A DNA stretch of 48,483 nucleotides. Source: an uncultured Ignavibacteriales bacterium (GTDB taxonomy: Bacteria > Zixibacteria > MSB-5A5 > GN15 > JAAZOE01). Positions 9,840 through 18,046 of this stretch are shown here, piece after piece. Location of the stretch: assembly GCA_964585635.1 (NCBI GenBank), contig CAZPEV010000002.1:7409-55891 (forward strand). Direction: 5' to 3'. The position numbers and the translations under genes are program-made. Below the pieces are notes generated by a model that had not been told where the DNA came from, searched no databases, and saw only the letters and a program-made list of their open reading frames with translations. How positions within the stretch are numbered: position 1 is the stretch's first letter; each line of letters opens with the position of its first letter.

Positions 9840-11068
9840 TGCGGATCAGGTTCGTGACTCTATACTATCCGCCTGAAGTTGGGGCGGCGCAGCGCCGAAT
9901 AGCGGATCTGGTCATGCGGCTGGCGCGGCGGGGACACACCGTCACGGTTCTGACCGGATTTCCCAATTACCCGTCCGGGAAAAAACCCGATGGGTACCGC
10001 AAGAAGATTTTCATGCGGGAAAGCGACGGCCCGGTGACGATCCTCCGCGTGCCTCACTATATAGCGCCGAACCGGGGGGTTTTTCGGCGGCTTCTGATTC
10101 ATCTGACCTTTGCCCTTTCCGCCTCGCTCTATACGTTAATGATGAAGCGGGACGACATCATTTATTTGGAGTCGCCGCCGCTGTTCAACGGCTTTATCGG
10201 GCTGACGGCGAAATGGTTTCGGCGGGTGCCGTATCTGTTTAACGTCGCCGATCTTTGGCCGCAGACGGCAGTGGAACTGGGATTACTCAAGAGCCGGGCC
10301 GTTATCGCGATATCCCTGTTCCTCGAACGCCGGTTCTATCGCGGCGCCGAGCGGATCTTGGCGATTACCGAAGGCGTCCGGGATCATATCCTGGCCAAGG
10401 GCTATCCGGCGGAGAGGGTGCCGCTGATTACCAATGGCGTCGACCCGGAAGTCTTTTCCGAAACGGTCGCACCTGATGGAGAGGTCTTGTCTTATCGGCG
10501 CGGCGACAACCTGTTGGTTGTCTACGCCGGCACGCAGGGGTTGATCTACGCCCTGGATACGCTTCTCGATGCGGCCCGACAGGTGCGGGATGAGGCCTTC
10601 CATTTTCTGTTCATCGGGGACGGCGCCGATAAGGACCGCCTGATGTCTCTGGCGGCGGATGGGCATTTGACGAACGTCACGTTTCTTCCCTCACGGGTGC
10701 AATCCGACATGCCGGCCGTTTTTCGAGCGGCCGATCTGGCCGTGATACCGTTGCGCGATCGGCCGGTATCGCAGGCGATCATGCCGGTCAAATGCTTTGA
10801 GATGATGGCCGCCGGCGTGCCGCTTGTTCTGGCCGCCAGGGGAGAGATGGCCCGGCATGTGGCGGCGGCCGGCTGCGGCGAGGTGATCGAACCGGAAGCT
10901 TCCCCTGCGATTGTCGCGGCCCTGCGCCGTTTCCGGGAAATGGGGCCATCGGAGCGCCGGAGGATTGGTATGAAGGGGCGCGCCTATGTAATCGCCAATT
11001 TTTCCCGCGAGGAAATGACCCACCGGCTGGAGGCCGTCATGAACGAGGTGATAGCCGATGGCCGGTGA
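9839..11068 (+). CDS. GT4 glycosyltransferase, WcaI/WbuB-like
   Basis: MRIRFVTLYYPPEVGAAQRRIADLVMRLARRGHTVTVLT... and a C-terminal VKCFEMMAAGVPLVLAARGE. TAATG overlap with the upstream GT4. Confidence 0.9.
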   Translation: MRIRFVTLYYPPEVGAAQRRIADLVMRLARRGHTVTVLTGFPNYPSGKKPDGYRKKIFMRESDGPVTILRVPHYIAPNRGVFRRLLIHLTFALSASLYTLMMKRDDIIYLESPPLFNGFIGLTAKWFRRVPYLFNVADLWPQTAVELGLLKSRAVIAISLFLERRFYRGAERILAITEGVRDHILAKGYPAERVPLITNGVDPEVFSETVAPDGEVLSYRRGDNLLVVYAGTQGLIYALDTLLDAARQVRDEAFHFLFIGDGADKDRLMSLAADGHLTNVTFLPSRVQSDMPAVFRAADLAVIPLRDRPVSQAIMPVKCFEMMAAGVPLVLAARGEMARHVAAAGCGEVIEPEASPAIVAALRRFREMGPSERRRIGMKGRAYVIANFSREEMTHRLEAVMNEVIADGR

Positions 11069-11744
11069 CGTCCAGCAGATGGATCACGTATTCCGGGAGC
11101 GGGCCCACCTGGCGGGCAAGTACTGCCTTGACAATCCCGGCAACCGATTCAATCACAATCGTCTTTTGAAGCGGATTGAGGAGGGAGTGAACCGGGTCGG
11201 CCTTTGTTGGGATAATATCAAGGTGCTTGATCTCGGCGCCGGGGAACTGCTATGGGGCGAAGAGTTTTCCCGAATGGGCCTGCCGCCCGGCAACTATGTC
11301 GGGATGGATATTTTGGGCTGGCGTTTGGTGAAAGGGCACGAGTTGGGGCGAAACTTCGGCGCCGTGACGGCCTCGGGCCGGGATCTGCCGTTCGCCTCCG
11401 GCAGCTTTGATCTGGTGACCCAATTCACCATGATGACCTCGGTGCTGGATGAAGATACTCGGCTTCGGATTGTGGCCGAGGTCACGCGGGTGTTAAAGCC
11501 GGGCGGGTATTTGCTCTGGTACGATTTTCGGTTCAATAACCCTTGGAATCCGCACGCTCGGGCGATCCGGCGGGGAGAGCTGCGGCGGCTTTTCGCCGGC
11601 TGGCCGGTCACCTGCGGGACGATTACCCTGCTGCCGCCTCTGGCCAGAAAAATGCCACGGGCGTTGGCTGGAATCTTGAAATTTCTCCATGGCGTGCCTA
11701 TCTTGCGGACGCACTATTTGGCGCTGATTGGACCAAAGGGATAG
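11058..11744 (+). CDS. Class I SAM-dependent methyltransferase
   Basis: Motif I VLDLGAGE and post-I/II motifs FDLVTQF and LKPGGYLLWYDF. Confidence 0.8.
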   Translation: MAGDVQQMDHVFRERAHLAGKYCLDNPGNRFNHNRLLKRIEEGVNRVGLCWDNIKVLDLGAGELLWGEEFSRMGLPPGNYVGMDILGWRLVKGHELGRNFGAVTASGRDLPFASGSFDLVTQFTMMTSVLDEDTRLRIVAEVTRVLKPGGYLLWYDFRFNNPWNPHARAIRRGELRRLFAGWPVTCGTITLLPPLARKMPRALAGILKFLHGVPILRTHYLALIGPKG

Positions 11745-11745
11745 G

Positions 11746-12906
11746 ATGAAGATCAACGGAGTTCCATTTTACCGACAATCATTCGGTCGGTTGGAGGTGG
11801 CCGAAATCGCCGATACGATTCGGAGCCATTGGATCACGACCGGTCCCAAGACCAGGCTCCTGGAGAATCGGATAGCCGAGTACCTGTCCACCAGGTATGC
11901 CATCGCCGTCAATTCCTGCACCGCCGCGATGCACCTGATGCTTCAGGCGTCGGGGATCGGGCCTGGAGATGAGGTTATTACGACTCCGTATACCTTCGCC
12001 GCCACCAGCGAAGCGATCCTCTATACCGGCGCGACTCCGGTCTACTGCGATATTGACTATGACACCCTGAATATGACGGCGGATGAGGCGGGGAAAAAGA
12101 TTACCCGGCGAACCAAAGCGCTGCTTCCCGTTCATATCGCCGGACTGCCACTGCGGATGGATCGATTCGTGGCTTTGGCCAAGGGGGCCAGAGTCTGGCT
12201 GTTCGATGATGCCGCTCACGCCCTGGGCGCGGAATTTAAGGGGATGAAGATCGGCGCCATCGGCGACGCCAGCGCTTTCAGCTTCTACGCTACCAAGAAT
12301 CTGACGACGGCCGAAGGGGGAATGATCACCACCCGCCGGGCGGGTCTGGCCGACAAGGTTCGATTGCTTTCCCTGCATGGCATGAGCAAAGAAGCTTGGC
12401 GGCGATATGCCAAGGGGGGAAGCTGGCGGTACGATCTGCTTGATTTGGGATATAAGTACAACCTGTCCGATCTTCACGCCTCGCTGGGGTTGGCCCAATT
12501 CACCCGGTTTGAGAAGCTGCAGGCCTTGCGTCACCGGGCCGCCCGGCGGTATATGGACAACCTCTCGACGATTGACAGCCTCAAATTGCCGGTCATCGAG
12601 CCGGACACCACCCATGCCTGGCATCTGTTTCTGCTCCGGCTTCGCCTTGACCATCTGCGCATCGGCCGCGATCGCTTTATCGAGGAACTGGCCAAGCGGC
12701 ATATCGGGACGTCGGTGCATTTCATTCCGCTCTTCCGCCAGTCGTATTATCGGCGTCGCTTTCGGCTCCATCCCCGGCAGTTTCCAAACGCCGAAAAGGC
12801 GTATCACGAGGTGATCACGCTGCCGTTTTTCCCCGATCTGAAACCGGCGGAGATCGATTATGTCTGCGATGCGCTGGCGTCGCTCTGCCGGCAGTACCGG
12901 CGATGA
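11746..12906 (+). CDS. DegT/DnrJ/EryC1/StrS-family sugar aminotransferase (second copy)
   Basis: ATG 11746 follows AAGGGATAGG. Family marks are CTAAMHLML and FSFYATKNLTTAEGG (PLP lysine). Confidence 0.9.
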   Translation: MKINGVPFYRQSFGRLEVAEIADTIRSHWITTGPKTRLLENRIAEYLSTRYAIAVNSCTAAMHLMLQASGIGPGDEVITTPYTFAATSEAILYTGATPVYCDIDYDTLNMTADEAGKKITRRTKALLPVHIAGLPLRMDRFVALAKGARVWLFDDAAHALGAEFKGMKIGAIGDASAFSFYATKNLTTAEGGMITTRRAGLADKVRLLSLHGMSKEAWRRYAKGGSWRYDLLDLGYKYNLSDLHASLGLAQFTRFEKLQALRHRAARRYMDNLSTIDSLKLPVIEPDTTHAWHLFLLRLRLDHLRIGRDRFIEELAKRHIGTSVHFIPLFRQSYYRRRFRLHPRQFPNAEKAYHEVITLPFFPDLKPAEIDYVCDALASLCRQYRR

Positions 12907-13496
12907 AACGGCTGGTTGACATCCTGGCGGCGGCTATCGGTCTCTGTCTGCTGTCGCCGCTATTGGTGATTATCGCCCTGCTGATTCTCCTTATTATGGG
13001 ATGGCCGCCGTTTTACCGCCAGGTCAGGGTCGGCCGAGACGGCGCGCCGTTCAGGATCATCAAATTCCGCACCATGGTCAGGGACGCCGACCGGAATGGA
13101 TTGGCGTTGACCACGGGACAGGATCCCCGGATTACCCCTCTTGGCCGCCTTCTCCGAAAAACCAAATCAGATGAATTGCCGCAGTTGCTCAATGTTCTCG
13201 TCGGACATATGTCGCTGGTCGGGCCTCGCCCGGAGGTCCCTCAATATGTCCAGATGTATAATCCGGAGCAGCGACAAGTCCTGACGGTCCGTCCCGGCCT
13301 GACCGATCCCGCCTCCATCGTTTACCGCGATGAGGAGAAGGTTTTGGCCCGTTACGCGGACGCCGAAACGGCCTATGTTCAGATCATCATGCCGGCCAAA
13401 CTGAGGCTCAATCTGGCCTACATTGAAAAGGCCACTCTGGCGACCGATTTGGCCTTGATATTTAAAACGCTGGGCAAGCTCTTCAATCGTCGCTGA
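12903..13496 (+). CDS. Monotopic phosphoglycosyl transferase (bacterial sugar transferase, PglC/WbaP C-domain type); pathway-initiating enzyme
   Basis: N-terminal re-entrant helix, then FRIIKFRTM and SDELPQLLNVLVGHMSLVGPRPE, which are hallmark motifs. ATGA overlap with the upstream gene. Confidence 0.92.
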   Translation: MKRLVDILAAAIGLCLLSPLLVIIALLILLIMGWPPFYRQVRVGRDGAPFRIIKFRTMVRDADRNGLALTTGQDPRITPLGRLLRKTKSDELPQLLNVLVGHMSLVGPRPEVPQYVQMYNPEQRQVLTVRPGLTDPASIVYRDEEKVLARYADAETAYVQIIMPAKLRLNLAYIEKATLATDLALIFKTLGKLFNRR

Positions 13497-13500
13497 GCCC

Positions 13501-13528
13501 TTGCGGCGGCGTAAAATTCCACTATATT
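13501..13528 (+). promoter_or_regulatory. Possible internal sigma70-type promoter
   Basis: TTGCGG (13501-06), 16-nt spacer, TATATT (13523-28), in the 54-nt gap before ATG 13551. Confidence 0.3.
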
Positions 13529-13550
13529 CGAAGCTGTATCAGGCTGGAAA

Positions 13551-15353
13551 ATGCTCCGACGACGATATACATACTTACAGGTTGCCATTGATTTTGTGAC
13601 CTTCACGCTGGTCACGTGGGGACTGGTTCATATCAAGCCGTCCCTTGGCCAAATCTACGGCGTTGGTTTGATGTCGACCCTGTTCCCACTCTTGGTGTCA
13701 ATCGCTCTGGTGATTCTGCTGGTCCTCTTTCGGCAGTATCGCTTTCGGCAGCAGGACCGCTTTTGGCGACAGTTCTTGGGGGCGTTTAACGTCGTCACCC
13801 TCGGATTCCTGCTGATCGTGGTGGTCAGTTTTGACCTGGGAGCGATCGTGGCCTGGGAACGGGGACTGCTGTTCCTGCTATTTCTGGGGCTGCTGCTGTC
13901 CACCGCCCTATCGCGGATTGTGACCTATCTCTGGCTCGGGCGCCGTCCCGATTTCTCGTTCAAGGAGCCGGTGATATTCCGGGGGGGGTACGGGGGCAAC
14001 GGCCACAGCACCGGTCCCCAAACGCTGGGGGCCGATTTGCCACTGAGCGACGTCAAGCGCCGGATCGAAAGCTCACCTTATGATTTTGCGGTGCTGACCG
14101 ACCCCGACGGCCACTTCGCGGGGACGATCAGCGATGGCGACATAATTGAGGCGCAACTGAAATATCCCCAGAGAGATCGGCCGGTGGCGGAAATCATGAA
14201 TCGCAACCACCCGGTGGTGCGCGAGTCGTTGTCGGCCGGGCGGATGCGGCAGATGATGATCGATCTCAACCTCCGCTTCCTGCCGGTACTGACCGGCGAC
14301 GGGCGCCCGGTCCGGACGGTGCTCCTCTCCGACCTCGACGCTTTATATCATATCAAGGCCGATAAGGGCCGATCGCGACGGATTCTGGTCATCGGCGGCG
14401 CCGGATATATCGGTTCGGTCATGGTCCGGCACCTGCTGAAGAACGGCTATTCGGTCTCGGTGCTGGACAGCCTTATGTTTGGGTACGGGTCCCTCAAGGA
14501 ATTGGATAATCACCCCGCCTATCGCTTTTTCCGCGGCGACACCCGCAACATCCAGGACCTGTTGACCGCCATGCAGGACGTCGATACCGTCATTCATCTG
14601 GCGGCGATCGTGGGCGATCCGGCCTGCGAGCTGGATCATCGGGCCACGATTGATATCAATTATGAGGCCTCCAAAATTCTGGTCGACGCTTGCCTGCACA
14701 AGAAAGTTGAGCGGCTGCTGTTTGCCTCGACTTGCTCAGTTTATGGCGCCGGTGAGAACGGGGAGTTGTTGACCGAGACCTCGCCGCTCAATCCGGTATC
14801 GCTTTATGCCGAGACCAAGCTTCGCTCGGAAGAGGCCATTATCAGCCGGGCCGTGCCGCCTTTGGCGGTGACGATTTTCCGCCTGGCCACCGTCTTTGGC
14901 TTTTCTTATCGTCCCCGCTTTGACCTGGTGGTCAATGTTCTTACCGCCAAGGCGATTGAGGATGGCGAGATTTCGATTTTCGGCGGCTCGCAGTGGCGGC
15001 CCAACGTTCATCTGCTCGACGTCGTCTGGGCGTTTACCGCCGCCATCGAAGCCCCCAAGGAAAGAATCGACCGCCAGGTCTTCAACCTGGGATCGGAAAA
15101 GGAGAACTATCGGATCGCCGAGTTAGGGGATATGGTCAAGGAGGCGATCCCCCAGACCAAAATCAAAACCGTCGACGCCGCCATCGACAAGCGGGATTAT
15201 CGGGTGGGATTCTCCAAGATCGAGCAGGCGCTTCACTGGCGGGCCAAGATCAGCGTTCCGGACGGCATCCGGGAAATCATCGAGGCCTATAAAAGCAATA
15301 AAATCAGTCATTACGGCGACAAAATATACTCCAACCTTAAACATCTGCAGTAA
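13551..15353 (+). CDS. Fusion protein: N-terminal 4-5 TM segment, a CBS pair, and an extended-SDR NAD-dependent sugar epimerase/dehydratase
   Basis: TM helices occupy aa ~10-135. The CBS-like region is FAVLTDPDGHFAGTISDGDII...VAEIMNRNHPVV...LRFLPVLTGDGRPVRTVLLSDL. The SDR part has a Rossmann motif ILVIGGAGYIGS, STCSVYG and catalytic YAETK. Confidence 0.85.
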   Translation: MLRRRYTYLQVAIDFVTFTLVTWGLVHIKPSLGQIYGVGLMSTLFPLLVSIALVILLVLFRQYRFRQQDRFWRQFLGAFNVVTLGFLLIVVVSFDLGAIVAWERGLLFLLFLGLLLSTALSRIVTYLWLGRRPDFSFKEPVIFRGGYGGNGHSTGPQTLGADLPLSDVKRRIESSPYDFAVLTDPDGHFAGTISDGDIIEAQLKYPQRDRPVAEIMNRNHPVVRESLSAGRMRQMMIDLNLRFLPVLTGDGRPVRTVLLSDLDALYHIKADKGRSRRILVIGGAGYIGSVMVRHLLKNGYSVSVLDSLMFGYGSLKELDNHPAYRFFRGDTRNIQDLLTAMQDVDTVIHLAAIVGDPACELDHRATIDINYEASKILVDACLHKKVERLLFASTCSVYGAGENGELLTETSPLNPVSLYAETKLRSEEAIISRAVPPLAVTIFRLATVFGFSYRPRFDLVVNVLTAKAIEDGEISIFGGSQWRPNVHLLDVVWAFTAAIEAPKERIDRQVFNLGSEKENYRIAELGDMVKEAIPQTKIKTVDAAIDKRDYRVGFSKIEQALHWRAKISVPDGIREIIEAYKSNKISHYGDKIYSNLKHLQ

Positions 15354-15445
15354 AAGGTTTGATCGCAGGTGCGGATACGTCCCGGCGATGCCGGGCCGAT
15401 CTTGGAACAGCCCAGCGTCTGACGGCGAACGCCAAATGATCGGGG

Positions 15446-15474
15446 TTGACCCCGGTCATGGATTTGGATAGATT
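15446..15474 (+). promoter_or_regulatory. Sigma70-type promoter for serS
   Basis: TTGACC (15446-51), 17-nt spacer, TAGATT (15469-74), about 38 nt before ATG 15513. Confidence 0.45.
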
Positions 15475-15512
15475 AGACGACAAAGATGGAATGAGAAGAA
15501 CGGATAATCCGC

Positions 15513-16781
15513 ATGCTTGACATGAAGTTCATCCGCGAGAATCCCGATCGCGTCAGGAAGGCGTGTGCCGACAAAAATGACAACGCTGACGTTGACCAAT
15601 TATTGGCCCTCGACACCGAGCGGAGAAAGATGCTGACCGAAACCGAGGCGCTGCGGGCGCGGCAGAATCAGGCCTCGCAGCAGATCGCCCAGATGAAACG
15701 GTCGGGGGGAGACGCGTCCGAGGCGATCGTCGAGATGAAGACGGTATCGCAACAAATCGGCCAGATGACGACTCGCCTGCGGGAAATCGAAGAACGGGTG
15801 GAGGGGGCGCTTCTCCGGATTCCCAACGTTCCCCACGCCTCGGTCCCGGTTGGGCCGGATGAAGCGCATAACGTCACCGTGCGGCAGTGGGGTTCTCCAC
15901 CACCGTTCGACTTCACGCCCGCCCCGCACTGGGAATTGGGGGAAAAGCTTGGCATTCTCGACCTGCCGCGAGGCGCCAAGGTATCCGGTTCCGGTTTCTT
16001 TGTGCTGAAGGGAGCCGGCGCCAAATTGGAGCGGGCGCTGATTTCGTTTATGCTCGACTATCATGTCGAAAAATTCGGCTTTACCGAGGTGTCGACACCC
16101 TATCTGGTCCGTCCCTCGGTGATGATCGGCACCGGGCAGCTTCCGAAGCTGGCCGCCGACATGTATCATCTGCCGGAAGACGACCTGTACCTGATCCCGA
16201 CCGCTGAGGTTCCAGTCACCAATTTGCATCGGGACGAAATCCTTAACGAGGCCGACTTGCCGCTAAAGTATATCGCCCACACACCCTGTTTTCGCCGCGA
16301 GGCGGGGGCCGCCGGGAAAGACACGCGGGGAATTTTGCGGGTTCATCAGTTTGCCAAGGTCGAGATGGTTACGATTGTTGCACCGCCGACCTCATATGAC
16401 GACCTGGAAGCTTTGGTCAAGCAGGCCGAGGGGATTCTGGAAATGCTTAAGCTGCCGTATCGGATCCGGCTGCTGGCGACCGGCGACCTGTCGTTTGCCG
16501 CCGCCAAATGCTATGACATCGAGCTATGGGCGGCCGGGGTCGGCAAGTACCTGGAAGTATCGTCGGTGTCGAATTATGAGGATTTTCAGGCCCGCCGGAT
16601 GAATTGCCGCTATCGCGGGGCCGACCAGAAACTGCATTATCCGCATACCCTTAATGGTTCCGGACTGGCGTTGCCGCGCCTGGTCGTGGCGTTGATGGAG
16701 AATTACCAGACGCGCCAGGGCGATATCATCATTCCCGAGGCGTTGCGGCCCTATATGGGCGGCTTGGAAAGGATACATTGA
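15513..16781 (+). CDS. serS: Seryl-tRNA synthetase
   Basis: N-terminal coiled-coil arm (MLDMKFIRENPD...). Class II motif 2 is TPCFRREAGAAGKDTRGILRVHQF and motif 3 is LNGSGLALPRLVVALMENYQ. Confidence 0.97.
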   Translation: MLDMKFIRENPDRVRKACADKNDNADVDQLLALDTERRKMLTETEALRARQNQASQQIAQMKRSGGDASEAIVEMKTVSQQIGQMTTRLREIEERVEGALLRIPNVPHASVPVGPDEAHNVTVRQWGSPPPFDFTPAPHWELGEKLGILDLPRGAKVSGSGFFVLKGAGAKLERALISFMLDYHVEKFGFTEVSTPYLVRPSVMIGTGQLPKLAADMYHLPEDDLYLIPTAEVPVTNLHRDEILNEADLPLKYIAHTPCFRREAGAAGKDTRGILRVHQFAKVEMVTIVAPPTSYDDLEALVKQAEGILEMLKLPYRIRLLATGDLSFAAAKCYDIELWAAGVGKYLEVSSVSNYEDFQARRMNCRYRGADQKLHYPHTLNGSGLALPRLVVALMENYQTRQGDIIIPEALRPYMGGLERIH

Positions 16782-17512
16782 CCAAGGTGGCTCCCGGCGG
16801 CAAGAAATATCTACTGTCCCTGTCCCACCGGTTCACGACCGTCTTCAAGGCCTTTCTGCTGTTCGGAATCTGTGCCATCGGGACGGTCTTTGTCTACTAC
16901 ACCACCGATATCGTCAGTGATCTGCAGCGGAACGAGGCCAAGGTCGCTCAGACCTACACCCGTATCTGGCAATTGATCGCCTCCGACAGCGTCAGCGGCC
17001 CGGTGACGTCGGTCCTGTTTGATGAAATCATCCTCAAGGCGAATTTTCCGATCATCGTTACTGATTCGAGCGGCCAACCGCTGTTTTGGAAGGAACTGGC
17101 CGATATTCCCGAGCATACGACCGATCCGAAGATGATCGATCGGGTGAGCAAGCGGGTCGCCGACATGAAGGTTCGCAAGGGAGAAATCCCCATCTCCGTC
17201 GACTCGGTGGTCATATACAAACTCTATTATGATGATACCGCCCTGGTCGGCAAACTGCGGCTGATTCCGCTGGTTGAGATGGTGATGGTGCTCGGATTCA
17301 TCGTGCTGGCCCTGATCGGATTCCAGTATATCCGTCAGTCGGAGCAGAAGACCATCTGGGTCGGCATGGCCAAAGAAACGGCCCATCAACTGGGGACGCC
17401 GATTTCATCACTTCTGGGCTGGGCCAATCTGCTCAAGACCGGCGAGGGAGCCGACCGGTTTACGCCGGACTACGTATATCGTCATATCGAGGCCGATTTG
17501 GCGCGCCTGTAA
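16778..17512 (+). CDS. Sensor histidine kinase, N-terminal fragment (2 TM, extracytoplasmic domain, H-box), ending at an in-frame TAA; PorY-like by context
   Basis: TM1 FLLFGICAIGTVFVYY, TM2 VMVLGFIVLALIGFQY, and H-box KETAHQLGTPISSLLGW. It is in the same frame as the next ORF, separated by TAA 17510-17512. Confidence 0.8.
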   Translation: MTKVAPGGKKYLLSLSHRFTTVFKAFLLFGICAIGTVFVYYTTDIVSDLQRNEAKVAQTYTRIWQLIASDSVSGPVTSVLFDEIILKANFPIIVTDSSGQPLFWKELADIPEHTTDPKMIDRVSKRVADMKVRKGEIPISVDSVVIYKLYYDDTALVGKLRLIPLVEMVMVLGFIVLALIGFQYIRQSEQKTIWVGMAKETAHQLGTPISSLLGWANLLKTGEGADRFTPDYVYRHIEADLARL

Positions 17513-17515
17513 ACG

Positions 17516-18013
17516 GTGGCCAACCTTTTCTGCAAGAACGGATCGATTCCCAAGCTGGAACCGATGGATATCAATGCCCTGACCGGCGAGGTCATCGATT
17601 ATTTCCGGCAGCGCTTGCCGCATCAGGGGCAGGGTGTGCAGATTAATTTTGCCCCCGGTGACGTTGTGCCGGTCAATCTCAATCATGAATTGTATAATTG
17701 GGTGATTGAGAACCTGCTGAAAAACAGCTTGGAGGCGGTTGATTCCAAAAATGGCGTCATTACCGTGAAGACGAGTCTGGTATCATCGGGGAAGAAAGTC
17801 GCGGTCGAGGTGGCCGACAATGGCCGGGGTGTTTCCCGCCTTGACGCCCGGCGTATTTTCCGACCGGGATTCACCACCAAGCGGCGGGGTTGGGGTCTGG
17901 GACTATCGCTGGCCCAGCGTATTATCCGGGAATACCACAAGGGAAGTATTGCGTTGGCCGCGTCCGAGCCGGGAAAAGGGGCCACGTTTGTCATCATCCT
18001 GCCGAGAGCATAA
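17516..18013 (+). CDS. Histidine kinase catalytic (HATPase_c) fragment, a continuation of the preceding ORF after the in-frame stop
   Basis: N box NLLKNSLEAV, G1 DNGRGV, G2 GWGLGLSLAQ. No Shine-Dalgarno sequence precedes GTG 17516. Confidence 0.7.
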   Translation: MANLFCKNGSIPKLEPMDINALTGEVIDYFRQRLPHQGQGVQINFAPGDVVPVNLNHELYNWVIENLLKNSLEAVDSKNGVITVKTSLVSSGKKVAVEVADNGRGVSRLDARRIFRPGFTTKRRGWGLGLSLAQRIIREYHKGSIALAASEPGKGATFVIILPRA

Positions 18014-18046
18014 TCGGCGAACCATCTTTCGGAGGCTCCGGTTGTA

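Noticed and set aside
15381-15395. Hairpin CCCGGC-gat-GCCGGG after the EPS operon as an intrinsic terminator.
   Set aside because: The stem is only 6 bp with a 3-nt loop and no downstream T-tract, so it is too weak to call.
17510-17512. Reassignment of TAA to a sense codon (alternative genetic code) as the explanation for the two in-frame TAAs.
   Set aside because: TAA also terminates at least five genes in this window at natural-looking C-termini (3786-88, 4657-59, 9837-39, 15351-53, 18011-13). Global reassignment is therefore unlikely. Site-specific read-through or error remains possible.
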